In this document: positions 1 through 9,619 of the stretch, one piece after another | Position numbering within the stretch: position 1 is the first letter of the stretch | How the letters are laid out: each line of letters opens with the position of its first letter | IMG/VR virus record: IMGVR_UViG_3300018050_000188 | Location: 1 to 25,997 of that record | Length of the DNA: 25,997 nt | Strand: one strand, 5' to 3' | Source: a virus | Taxonomy: Duplodnaviria; Caudoviricetes | The notes under the pieces: generated by a model | Seen by the model: only the letters and a program-made list of their open reading frames with translations | Database searches by the model: none | Told to the model about the DNA's origin: nothing | Program-made: the position numbers and the translations under genes

Positions 1-2
1 GT

Positions 3-632
3 GACACGGCAGCAGTTGCTTACGCAGTCGACCGCAGAACACACAAGCGCTATGTCATGGACGTTCACGTCATGAGCAGCCCCACACCTGCAGCGATTCG
101 CACTCTGATTCGAGAATGGACTGATGCTTACAAGCCTCACACCGTCATCGTTGAATCCAATGCGTTTCAGCTTTTCTTGACACAAGACGAAGAGATTAGA
201 AACTTTTTGTCTACTCGCGGTATTAACTACCGCCCCCACTACACAGGTAACAATAAGCAAGACCCAGAGTTTGGTGTAGCTTCTCTGGCTCCATTGTTTG
301 GAACCGTAACCAAGCGTGACGGAAACAATAATAACTTAAAGCATGCTGGCGATAACATAATCGAACTGCCAGACTCTTCACGTAATGAACATATTAAGAA
401 ACTGATAGAACAGTTGGTTGTTTGGCAACCAGGAGTTCAGGGTAAGAAGCTCAAGATGGACGCTGTGATGGCGCTCTGGTTCTGTGAGATTGTAGCTCGT
501 GACGTTCTATTAACTTCAGCTGGTATACCAAACTTTTTAAAGAATGAATTTACTCCCCAGAAGCAAATCGAAGATAGATACATTGTAAATCTAGACGATT
601 TAGCTGCTGCACAGCGAATAGCGAGATTGTGA
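3..632 (+). CDS. terL: Terminase large subunit, C-terminal RNase H-like nuclease domain (5'-truncated)
   Basis: Frame is open from nt 3 (DTAAVAYAVDRRTHKRYVMDV...). Motifs IVESNAFQ and MDAVMALWF resemble the TerL nuclease domain. Lies directly upstream of the portal-like gene. Confidence 0.85.
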   Translation, partial: DTAAVAYAVDRRTHKRYVMDVHVMSSPTPAAIRTLIREWTDAYKPHTVIVESNAFQLFLTQDEEIRNFLSTRGINYRPHYTGNNKQDPEFGVASLAPLFGTVTKRDGNNNNLKHAGDNIIELPDSSRNEHIKKLIEQLVVWQPGVQGKKLKMDAVMALWFCEIVARDVLLTSAGIPNFLKNEFTPQKQIEDRYIVNLDDLAAAQRIARL

Positions 633-634
633 TA

Positions 635-2398
635 ATGAAAGAACTTGTAAATGCATATGAGCAATTAAAGGCTCGTAATGCTGAGCGCGATAAGCGCATG
701 CGCGAAGTTGCTTTGGTTCGGTCAGGTAATGCCGACCAAGTATTTCGTGGCTTGTTTCCAGAAGGAACTTGGTCTAAACCTATTATCGCCAACCTAATTG
801 ACGTGGTTGCTCGTGATGTTTCTGAACAGGCGGGTGTATTACCTACCATAACAGCTGCTGGAGATTCATCCCTTGATGATTCACAGCGAACCAAGGCTGA
901 TAAAAGAACTAAAGTTGCAAATTATTATGTTGCTGCATCTCGTCTTGGAACAGAGCTACTGCGTGGCGCAGACCAGTTAGGAACATACGGATTCTGTGTA
1001 TTCCGAGTTGAACCTAACTTCAAGGAAAATAGACCGCACATCCATGTTGAAAACTCTATGGGTGCGTATTACGACATGGACAGGTTCGGAGAAGTATCTG
1101 TTTATTGTCGTTCGTATTACCGCAAAGCTGGAGATTTAGCAGCTAAGTTTCCAGAACTAGCAGACAAGATTCTACAGACAACAGCATTCGGTAGAACCGA
1201 TTCAAACGAACTCCTAGAAGTCGTTCGTTGGACTGACAAGAATCGCACAGTTATGTTTATACCAAGTCGTGGAGGTGCAATCCTTGCCGAAACACCAAAC
1301 AAAATCGGTCGAGTCCCAGTTGCAATTGCTCAGCGCCCTTCGCTGGATGGTGAAGTCCGAGGCTCGTTCGACGACGTTCTTCCTGTATATGCAGCTAAGG
1401 CGCGACTTGCGCTCCTCACTATGGAAGCTGTTCAAAAATCTGTTGAAGCTCCTCTGGCTCTACCCACCGATGTTACTCAACTATCTGTTGGTCCAGACAG
1501 TGTCATTCGTTCGAACAGTCCTGAGAAGATTCGTCGTGTTAATCTTGACGTTCCTCAATTTGCGTTCGCGGAGAACAATGTTCTAGCCGATGAAATGAAA
1601 CTTGGAACTCGCTTTCCTCAAGCACGTGCAGGACAAGCAGAAGGTTCTATTGTTACTGGTCAAGGTGTCAAGGCACTTATGGCTGGATTCGATTCACAAA
1701 TTAAAGTTATTCAATCAATCCTTGGCGAAGCAATCGGTGAGGCAATCTCTATCGCATTTGCTACCGATGAAGCATACTTCCCAACGCTATCTCGTGAAGT
1801 ATCTGCAACAGCCAATGGCGTTCCATATAAATTAAAATACAAACCATCAATCGATATCAACGGCAATTACGGCGTAACAGTTGAATACGGATTGATGGCA
1901 GGACTTGACCCTAACCGAGCATTGGTATGGGGTCTACAAGCACGAGGCGACAAGCTAATCTCACGAGGAATGCTACGTCGTAATCTACCAATTTCGCTCA
2001 ATGCTGGAGAAGAAGAGCGAGCAATTGACATTGAAGAGATGCGTGATTCGTTGAAAGCATCTATTTCACAGCTTGCAGCTGCGATTCCACAAATGGTTTC
2101 GCAAGGACAAGACCCAATGTCACTTGTTGAAAAGATGGCAACTGTTATCGACGAGCGCAAGAAAGGCACACCACTTGAAGAAGCGGTAGCCAAAGCGTTT
2201 AAGCCAGAACCAGCACCACAAGCACCACAAGAACCACAAGCACCAGCAATGGGGCAACCAGAACAACGAGCAGGTATGGGTGGCGAAATGCCACAGATGC
2301 CACAAGGTAGACCTGCAATGCAGGAACTACTAGCAGGATTGACTGGTTCAGGCAATCCAGTTCTCGCAGGACGAGTAACTCGACAAATACCAGCATAA
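635..2398 (+). CDS. Portal protein
   Basis: ~587 aa, follows terL. N-terminal 'KPIIANLIDVVARDVSE' and helical core are portal-like; Pro/Gln-rich C-terminal tail. ATG 635 preferred over GTG 629. Confidence 0.8.
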   Translation: MKELVNAYEQLKARNAERDKRMREVALVRSGNADQVFRGLFPEGTWSKPIIANLIDVVARDVSEQAGVLPTITAAGDSSLDDSQRTKADKRTKVANYYVAASRLGTELLRGADQLGTYGFCVFRVEPNFKENRPHIHVENSMGAYYDMDRFGEVSVYCRSYYRKAGDLAAKFPELADKILQTTAFGRTDSNELLEVVRWTDKNRTVMFIPSRGGAILAETPNKIGRVPVAIAQRPSLDGEVRGSFDDVLPVYAAKARLALLTMEAVQKSVEAPLALPTDVTQLSVGPDSVIRSNSPEKIRRVNLDVPQFAFAENNVLADEMKLGTRFPQARAGQAEGSIVTGQGVKALMAGFDSQIKVIQSILGEAIGEAISIAFATDEAYFPTLSREVSATANGVPYKLKYKPSIDINGNYGVTVEYGLMAGLDPNRALVWGLQARGDKLISRGMLRRNLPISLNAGEEERAIDIEEMRDSLKASISQLAAAIPQMVSQGQDPMSLVEKMATVIDERKKGTPLEEAVAKAFKPEPAPQAPQEPQAPAMGQPEQRAGMGGEMPQMPQGRPAMQELLAGLTGSGNPVLAGRVTRQIPA

Positions 2399-2411
2399 CT
2401 AAGGAGAAAAA

Positions 2412-2561
2412 ATGTTTGGAAAGCAAGGAAAGGCAGCGAAAGCTCCAGTTCACCCAGGACACGCAGGCAAGAAGAACGGCGGTAAGGGCGTAGGACTAGG
2501 ACAGGTTGCAAAGCCAGCTGCAGTTAAAGGCATTAAAGGCAACAACAACAAGATTAAGTAA
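2412..2561 (+). CDS. Small Lys/Gly-rich basic protein (49 aa), missed by ORF track
   Basis: AAGGAG at 2401; MFGKQGKAAKAPVHPGHAGKKNGGKGVGLGQVAKPAAVKGIKGNNNKIK; fills the gap between portal and next gene. Confidence 0.8.
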   Translation: MFGKQGKAAKAPVHPGHAGKKNGGKGVGLGQVAKPAAVKGIKGNNNKIK

Positions 2562-2570
2562 AGGATAACC

Positions 2571-4079
2571 ATGGCGAAGAAACCGTATAAGTATCGCCAA
2601 GCCAAGAAAGACGCTAAACCTGCAGCAAAGAAAGCTTTTCCAGGAAAAGTAAAGGCTGCACGTAAAGACATCACAGGCAAGATTACTGCTGAAGATAGAC
2701 TAGCGCTCAAGGATATGGCTGATACTGCCAAGAAAGAACTTGGCAAGAAGGCTTATCTAAGCAAGGCTGAATATAATGCTATGCAAAAAGCGGAACTTGA
2801 AAAATTCCAGCAATCTATGGCAGATGAATTTGGCGAATACGCTGGCAAAAAAGCAGGAGATGGAGATAAGCCTGCTAAATCAGAAGTTAAAGTAACTGAT
2901 AAGCGCACACCTCTTGAAAAGAAAGCGTCTAAGAAAGCTGCAGCTAAAGAAGTCAAGAAGAACACTAAGAAGTTTGTTCAAAAAGGCTCTAAGACAGTAG
3001 TGGATACACCTGTATCTAAAGGTGGACCAGTAGAAAAAGCGCTTAAGGCTGAGAAGAAGATGACTCGTGCAGAGAAGTCTGCTGCTAATAAAGCAAAGTG
3101 GGCAAAGATGACACCAGCAGAACGCAAAGCCTGGGCATCGCAACGTCAAGTAGGTAATGCACCTGCTAAACAATCTATCAAGATTGATAAGAAAGAACTA
3201 AAAGCAGGAGTTGAACAATATAAGAAAGACTTCCCAGAGCGCTTTACTAAAAAGCCAGAAGGTAAAGCAGCTGTAACAAAGCGTGTAACGCTTGCAGACC
3301 TTAAGAAGAATGAAGCTAAGGGTCTGGAAGAAGCCAAGGCACGTGTTGCTGCTAAGAATAAGGCTCTTGCTAATTCTGCTAAAGGTAAGACTCAAACACC
3401 ACAAGCAGTAGAAGCAAAGAAGCAGGCTGCAGCAAAGCCAGAAGGCAAGCCAGCAGCAAAGAAGGCAACACCAAAGAAGTTTGCAAAAACTCGTGCAGTT
3501 GGTCGCGGTGGTGTATACGGTGCGGTTGCAGGTGAACTAGTTAGCTTAGCTAAAGGTTCAACTAAAAAAGACTTTAATGAAATCAATCGTCTTGAAGCAA
3601 AGCTTGCATCTCTTACTGGAAAAAATAAGAGCAAGGCAACATCTGCTCGTCAAGGAGCACAGCAACAGTTATCTCAACTTGCAGGATTAGCAACCATGGG
3701 AGTTGTTGGAAAAACTCGTCGTCAACGTATGGATGAGTTAAACAACTTAATCGGTAAAGCTGAAACAAAGAAGGCTAAGGAAAACAAGGGTCTTCGTTAC
3801 GGCAAGATGGGCGAATCACTAGTCCCAGGAACTGCAGCATATAAAGCTGGTTCTAAGACAAGACCAACAGTATCTTCTACTGGCGGTGGTTCAACTACTA
3901 AAGTTGATTCAAGTAAATATACCGTGAAGAAGGGCGATACCTTGTCAGGTATTGCAAAAACTGCAGGAGTATCTTTATCAGAACTCCGCGCAGCGAACCC
4001 TAGCATTATGAAAAATAAAAAGTATAAGCAGGGTTCAATGATTTGGTCAGGAACAAAGGTTAATATTCCAAAGAAGTAG
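2571..4079 (+). CDS. Lys/Ala-rich protein with C-terminal LysM domain (502 aa)
   Basis: SD-like AAGGA. Low-complexity K/A-rich body. C-terminal KYTVKKGDTLSGIAKTAGVSLSELRAANP...IWSGTKVNIP matches the LysM consensus (about 3915-4070). Confidence 0.85.
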   Translation: MAKKPYKYRQAKKDAKPAAKKAFPGKVKAARKDITGKITAEDRLALKDMADTAKKELGKKAYLSKAEYNAMQKAELEKFQQSMADEFGEYAGKKAGDGDKPAKSEVKVTDKRTPLEKKASKKAAAKEVKKNTKKFVQKGSKTVVDTPVSKGGPVEKALKAEKKMTRAEKSAANKAKWAKMTPAERKAWASQRQVGNAPAKQSIKIDKKELKAGVEQYKKDFPERFTKKPEGKAAVTKRVTLADLKKNEAKGLEEAKARVAAKNKALANSAKGKTQTPQAVEAKKQAAAKPEGKPAAKKATPKKFAKTRAVGRGGVYGAVAGELVSLAKGSTKKDFNEINRLEAKLASLTGKNKSKATSARQGAQQQLSQLAGLATMGVVGKTRRQRMDELNNLIGKAETKKAKENKGLRYGKMGESLVPGTAAYKAGSKTRPTVSSTGGGSTTKVDSSKYTVKKGDTLSGIAKTAGVSLSELRAANPSIMKNKKYKQGSMIWSGTKVNIPKK

Positions 4080-4087
4080 GTAAATAA

Positions 4088-4504
4088 ATGTCAATGATGC
4101 AACCTTCGGGTCCAGGTCCATTCGCAAAGCGAACAGACCGCCAGGGAGTTAAGCGACTTCCTAACGCCGAATACGGCGAGCAGAAGCAATTCCAAGCAGA
4201 ACAAGCAAGCGCACCGATGGCAAAGTCACCTACACAACAAATGCCACAAATGAATCCGTCGGCAAATGTCGTTCCTTTAACAGCAGCCACCCAGCGACCA
4301 GATGAACCTGTAACCGCTGGTGTGGATGCTGGTCCTGGTCCTGGCTCAGAAGTGCTAGGTCTTAAAACACCAGTAGATAACCAATTAAAAGATTTAACCA
4401 AGTTGGGTAAGTATCTACCATTAATGATGCAGTTTGCGGATTCTCCAGATTCAACTGGAACCATGAAAGCTTTTGTTAAATATTTACGGAGTCAATCAGA
4501 ATGA
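4088..4504 (+). CDS. Hypothetical phage protein (138 aa), probably virion-associated
   Basis: In operon context; Pro/Gly-rich (TQRPDEPVTAGVDAGPGPG); stop overlaps next ATG (ATGA at 4501). Confidence 0.75.
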   Translation: MSMMQPSGPGPFAKRTDRQGVKRLPNAEYGEQKQFQAEQASAPMAKSPTQQMPQMNPSANVVPLTAATQRPDEPVTAGVDAGPGPGSEVLGLKTPVDNQLKDLTKLGKYLPLMMQFADSPDSTGTMKAFVKYLRSQSE

Positions 4505-4677
4505 AGATACTCAAGAAGTTCGAAGAGAACCTTGAATACCTTGGATTTGAAATGGCTCCGATTGCTTGGGATTTAGCCAAGTTTCCTTTCGAATCCGATG
4601 ATGACCGACTTTCAGTATTAGAGGAATTAACGGCTAAGGAGGCTACACCTAATGTCCCTAACAGAATGGTGGAGTGA
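4501..4677 (+). CDS. Small acidic hypothetical protein (58 aa), missed by ORF track
   Basis: ATGA overlap with upstream stop; MKILKKFEENLEYLGFEMAPIAWDLAKFPFESDDDRLSVLEELTAKEATPNVPNRMVE; contains the SD (AAGGAGG) of the next gene. Confidence 0.7.
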   Translation: MKILKKFEENLEYLGFEMAPIAWDLAKFPFESDDDRLSVLEELTAKEATPNVPNRMVE

Positions 4678-7600
4678 CCCTTCCGTAACACAAACCCCTG
4701 AGAAGACACCAAAACTTTCTAAGGTTGACAAGTTCAAGAAAGAACAAGACACCACAAAAGTTGGCAAAGTTGAACAGGCTATTGTTCCTAAAGTAATGGG
4801 AGCTATTGAAGCTGGAAGTAAGAAGCCAGTGCTTGGCAGGATTATTAATCCTGCAATGGATTTACTTGGCTTTATTGGTGAAAAGGTTGTTCAGCCAATA
4901 ACTCAAACAGTTTCTGCTGGACTACTTACACCACAAGCCATGGCTAAAGGCAAAGGTGGGGTAACCGAAAGTTACCGTTATTCAAAGAAACAAGCTGAAA
5001 AGATTTCAATGGGGCAGGCAGCAGCTAGCGCTGTTGGAAAACTTACATCTCCTGTTCTTGGCAAGGTAAGCCAAACATCTTTTCTTCAAGAAGATTTTGA
5101 TGTATTTAATGAGCGTCAACGAGATAGAGCATTCCGTGATGAGTGGGCTGGAATCGTTGCATCTGGAGTTACAGATTTAGCACTTGCTGCATTTGGCACT
5201 AAGGGTGCTGGTATTGCCGTTCGTGGTGCTGGAAAAAAAGTAGTAGGTCCAAAGCGTCTTGCTACTACAGATGACATGGATGTCTTCAGAACAGAACTTG
5301 AAGATATTGTGGCACAAAAAGATTTGCCAGTAGAACAACAGACCAGAACTGGTTTGTCTGTATTGGTAGATGACGCTGTTAATGAAACAAACTTAACTAA
5401 GCTTGCTTCTAATCCGCTAATATCTGAAACATCTAACCCATATCGAACAGCAACAATTATTTCAAGATTGGATAATCACCAAGACGTGGCTGATTATCTG
5501 CTCGCAGAACGTGGAGATACCGCTGCCTTTCAGCGTTTCTTTGAACGTCGTCCGCTAGAAGCAGACCATCTTGATAACTATGGAATCAAGGACGCAAAGC
5601 CAATAACAAACTTTGCAGAGATTGGTTTGGATGCAATTGACCCAGCAATGGTGTCAAGGTTTCAATCAATCATTGATGCCAAGAAAGCCGAAGACCCTAA
5701 CTTTGCTCGCGCCTTAGATGACTTCATGGAAAAGGCACGTGCTGGCGTTATTGAAAGCTATCGTCCAGGACGATTTGCTGCGCTAGAACAAATTGGTTTA
5801 GCGAAGAAGAAAATTAAATCTCAAGCGCTATACGGCGACCTAAAGATGTTTGGTCAAGATGCTGATGGTGGCTGGAAAACTCAGGTTTACCAGACACGCA
5901 CATACGATAGAGTTATTCGCACTATTGCTTGGGTTGGCTCAGGTCGTCCACAAGGTTACATCAACATATCTAACCCACGTAAGTTTGAAGCAGCCAATGA
6001 CTTACTATCTGACCTAAACCGTTTGCAGTTTCTTAAAGGAGCAGAGGGCGCTAAGTATAAGCGTCGTATGGTCGAGATGTTTCTTGATGCACAAAGCGAT
6101 ACACAACGTGCTATCGCACTTGGTCGTATTGAAGAAAGCGTCATGGGTCGCCTTGCTAAGCACTACGGTGTCAACGATATGCAAGATATTGCCAACGTTC
6201 AAGACGCTGTAAAGCAGATTAAGAACTGGCATATTCGTATGAACCAGAGCCGAGATAGCATTAAAGAATATGCTGTTAAGAATGGTTTTGTTCCAGACGA
6301 GAATGGCGGAATCAACGTCCAGAACTTCTTGTCTGTATCCAACGAAGCACAGAATTTACCAATGCTTGACTTCCGTAGACTTGAAACCGAAGTTATCTTC
6401 AACGCTCGTCGCGTTGCAGGTAAAGGTGCAAAGGTTAGTGAAGGTCAGTTCTATGGCGCTGTAGCGTCAAGAACTGCTATGAATATTGGTCAGTTCCTTG
6501 ACTTAGCAAACATGGTGTTCAGCAACTTGAACTTGCTTCGTCTTGCATACATACCTAAGAACTCAATGATAGACCCATTTGCTCGTGCAAGTATGGCTCT
6601 TGAATCAATGGAACTTGTAAAGAATGCTTTGCCTGGAGTAGACAACATTGTCTACAACGCTGGTCTTCTAAAAGAATCTGCAAAGAAGTGGGTTCCAGGA
6701 AGCCCTGCATCCAACGCTCGTAAGCAAGCCAAGGCTGCACAATTTCGTGTAGAAAAATATAGAGCAGACTTAGAGCCAAAGATTACAGCTCATAAGAAAG
6801 CTGAAACTAAGTATGATGACTTAGATAAGTCGCTTACAAAGTTAATTGCTGCACGTGATAAGGCTAAAGACAAAGCTATGAAGAGCAACGATGTTGCTGT
6901 TCAAAATAAATATTACGATTTAGAAGACAAGGTCAACGAACTACAGTCTAAGGTAGATGACGCATACGATGAGATGAGTCGCCTTGGTGACCACATTAAT
7001 GGTATTTCTAAGTTGATTGACAGTGAACGCAAAGACTGGATGGACTACGCTGAAGCGCAAGGAAATCTTAAGCAAAAAAAGTTGCTTGGTCAAGAAGCGG
7101 AAAAGATTGACGTCGACGGTCAGACATATACAATCCAAGGATTAGCTGACCCTAACGTTCGTGGCGCTAGCGCATACATGTCAGAGATTGACACCGCTAC
7201 TAACTTTTATTCTGCATCACTGCAGTCAGAAATCTCTCGTCGCTTAAGAGCAGACGGAGCCCGCTTTGTAAAGATTAAGCGTAAAGACCGCGAAGAGTAT
7301 ATGAATGCTCTTGCACATATCGCCAACAGGCAGGTTCGCAACGAACTAGATATGCCAGTTGGTTGGATGATGAAAGGCGAAAAGTCCAACGCGGAAATCT
7401 TACAATGGCTTTATAGCCCAGCTGGTAAAGAATACAGACTGCGTATCTCAGAACGTTTTGGCGATGACATGGAAGCATGGGTAAGCCAGACAAGAGAAAA
7501 GCTTTACGCAATGTATCCAGATGAGAACCTGCGAAAGACTATTACCGAACGAGATGTTACATACCAAGAGGTCGACGCTACGCTTTATGGTAGAACCGAC

Positions 7601-9619
7601 TTGCTTGAAGAAATTGATGGACCAAGCTTAAAGCTTTCTGACCTGACTGGCTCAGAAAGAATCCTTGCTCGTATAGGTGCAGGAACTGACTTTGCCTGGA
7701 ACGTTCTTTCCAAGTCTGAAACAAGACTAGTTCGTAACCCTCTGTTTTTATCATACGCACGTGATGAAATGAAGACTCTTATCCAAGCAGCAAAACGTTC
7801 TAACATAGATGTTAGCGATGCTGTAGTTAATAATGAGATTCGTCAAGTTGCATACCGTAAAGCACTAACTAGAGTAGAAGAAACACTTTACTCATCACGT
7901 CGCTTAACCAACGGTATGTATACAGCACGTTATGCGATGAGCTTCCCCTTGGCTTTCTTTAACTCACAAGCAGTTGCGCTTCGCTTAATGGCTCGCAACC
8001 CAATGAATGCTTATTGGTATAACAGTATTCAGCAAGCATTTGATAACTACCAAGCTTATGAAGACCAAGATGGAAACACCTACTCTTCAATTAAGGATGT
8101 TCCAGAGGGAGTTGCGGTTAGCGTTAAGTATCCGCTTCCATTTGGAAACAAGCTTCCAGATTGGGCAAAGACAGCACTTAAGCCATACACAGACCCACGT
8201 GGTGGCGGTGTCAGATTTAATCCTAAGCAAATGGAGTTCATGGTTGCCGACCCATCCATCTCTTGGTTTGGAACTGCAACGATATCTGAAATCATTGATA
8301 ACGGATTTAGCGCTGGTCCATGGAAGCTTTACGGTGAGCAAGTAGCGTTATCGCTACGTGAAACATTAGGCGATGACGTATATGAATCAAGCGTTCTATA
8401 CGGTGGCTATCCAGTAGAAGGTAAGAACTTTGCCGAGAAGGTAAAGAACACCATGGTTCCTGGATACCTTCAGTCGTTAATCGACTCAGGTAAGTTGCCT
8501 TATCCAATCCGCACAGCATTCTCGCTTATTGGACTTGAGAAGAGTGAGCGATTTACTGATGAGGTTTATGCTCAATGGCGTAAAGGATTTGCAGATTGGG
8601 TGGCAGAAGGTCGTGTTGGTTCACCTCCAACTATGGAAACTGCTGCTAAAGCAGCAGGCAACATGGCGTTCATTCGTTCTGTTGTTCAATTCAATGCACC
8701 TATCTCAGCAACCTTTGACCCAGTAACACGTGCTGCTACTGCATATTATGCAGACCTAGTAGAGATGGCAAATGGCGATTACGACATTGCCCAAAAGGTT
8801 ATGCAAGACGAGTGGGGAATTGATTCCATGGCACTCGTCGGCTCTAACCAGAAGAACATCTCAGGTTTAGCTGCAACATTTAATGATATTAAAGTTCTAC
8901 GCAAGAACACAAAGTTGCTTGCAGAGGTTGGCAATATTAATACCATGTATGCAGGAATGCTTTCGTCTGGATATGGCGACATTGCTGGCACTGGTAGTGG
9001 ACCAAACGATTATTCAACAGAAGTAGCATCTATCTACAAGAAGATGAAGTTTCCTGGTGGATTTAATAACGTTATTACTCAGAAGAGAAGCGATGAAGAG
9101 GTGCAGAGAGCAGCTCAATCTCGCGTTGGCTGGGCTGAATACCAGAAGGCTGTTGACTGGCGCAATGCCATGATGAAGCAATATGGAATCTCATCAACCT
9201 ATGAGGCTAGGTATGAATACTCTGGCATCAAGCGAGTCTTTGATGACATGGTAGATACTGTTGAACAAGATTTTCCAAAGTGGTCAGAGGAAAGAATCCA
9301 AAGCCGTAAAGATTATTGGAATGGGGCAATCCCTGCAATCGAAAAAATTGCCAATGATGTTAATTGGAGAACTTACGCATACTCAACTGGTAATACCAAG
9401 TGGGAAGAAATTGCTTTCTGGGTTGGTAAAGCTCGTAACTTTAAAGACGAGTATGACCGTCCAAACAATAGTGACGAAAGGAAGTTGAGATTGAAGCAGA
9501 ACTTTGCTCAATTCCATTATGACTTCCTACAGACAGCATCAGAAGAATTTGATGCCTTCTCTACAAGATGGTTGAACAACATGCCAGAACTAGATACAGA
9601 ATTCGTGGTGACAGAGTGA
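4652..9619 (+). CDS. Large (1655 aa) probable internal virion / DNA-ejection protein
   Basis: Strong SD AAGGAGG; mostly helical-looking sequence with a central charged coiled-coil-like stretch; size and position resemble podovirus ejection proteins. Function is inference. Confidence 0.65.
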   Translation: MSLTEWWSDPSVTQTPEKTPKLSKVDKFKKEQDTTKVGKVEQAIVPKVMGAIEAGSKKPVLGRIINPAMDLLGFIGEKVVQPITQTVSAGLLTPQAMAKGKGGVTESYRYSKKQAEKISMGQAAASAVGKLTSPVLGKVSQTSFLQEDFDVFNERQRDRAFRDEWAGIVASGVTDLALAAFGTKGAGIAVRGAGKKVVGPKRLATTDDMDVFRTELEDIVAQKDLPVEQQTRTGLSVLVDDAVNETNLTKLASNPLISETSNPYRTATIISRLDNHQDVADYLLAERGDTAAFQRFFERRPLEADHLDNYGIKDAKPITNFAEIGLDAIDPAMVSRFQSIIDAKKAEDPNFARALDDFMEKARAGVIESYRPGRFAALEQIGLAKKKIKSQALYGDLKMFGQDADGGWKTQVYQTRTYDRVIRTIAWVGSGRPQGYINISNPRKFEAANDLLSDLNRLQFLKGAEGAKYKRRMVEMFLDAQSDTQRAIALGRIEESVMGRLAKHYGVNDMQDIANVQDAVKQIKNWHIRMNQSRDSIKEYAVKNGFVPDENGGINVQNFLSVSNEAQNLPMLDFRRLETEVIFNARRVAGKGAKVSEGQFYGAVASRTAMNIGQFLDLANMVFSNLNLLRLAYIPKNSMIDPFARASMALESMELVKNALPGVDNIVYNAGLLKESAKKWVPGSPASNARKQAKAAQFRVEKYRADLEPKITAHKKAETKYDDLDKSLTKLIAARDKAKDKAMKSNDVAVQNKYYDLEDKVNELQSKVDDAYDEMSRLGDHINGISKLIDSERKDWMDYAEAQGNLKQKKLLGQEAEKIDVDGQTYTIQGLADPNVRGASAYMSEIDTATNFYSASLQSEISRRLRADGARFVKIKRKDREEYMNALAHIANRQVRNELDMPVGWMMKGEKSNAEILQWLYSPAGKEYRLRISERFGDDMEAWVSQTREKLYAMYPDENLRKTITERDVTYQEVDATLYGRTDLLEEIDGPSLKLSDLTGSERILARIGAGTDFAWNVLSKSETRLVRNPLFLSYARDEMKTLIQAAKRSNIDVSDAVVNNEIRQVAYRKALTRVEETLYSSRRLTNGMYTARYAMSFPLAFFNSQAVALRLMARNPMNAYWYNSIQQAFDNYQAYEDQDGNTYSSIKDVPEGVAVSVKYPLPFGNKLPDWAKTALKPYTDPRGGGVRFNPKQMEFMVADPSISWFGTATISEIIDNGFSAGPWKLYGEQVALSLRETLGDDVYESSVLYGGYPVEGKNFAEKVKNTMVPGYLQSLIDSGKLPYPIRTAFSLIGLEKSERFTDEVYAQWRKGFADWVAEGRVGSPPTMETAAKAAGNMAFIRSVVQFNAPISATFDPVTRAATAYYADLVEMANGDYDIAQKVMQDEWGIDSMALVGSNQKNISGLAATFNDIKVLRKNTKLLAEVGNINTMYAGMLSSGYGDIAGTGSGPNDYSTEVASIYKKMKFPGGFNNVITQKRSDEEVQRAAQSRVGWAEYQKAVDWRNAMMKQYGISSTYEARYEYSGIKRVFDDMVDTVEQDFPKWSEERIQSRKDYWNGAIPAIEKIANDVNWRTYAYSTGNTKWEEIAFWVGKARNFKDEYDRPNNSDERKLRLKQNFAQFHYDFLQTASEEFDAFSTRWLNNMPELDTEFVVTE

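Noticed and set aside
2205-2330. PAPQAPQEPQAPA / MPQMPQ repeats at the portal C-terminus
   Set aside because: Low-complexity disordered tails are common on portal proteins.
4652-9619. Tape measure protein or virion RNA polymerase
   Set aside because: Located upstream of the capsid gene with no tail tube or chaperone frameshift genes, no periodic Trp/Phe repeats, and no polymerase catalytic motif seen. Not fully excluded without profile searches.
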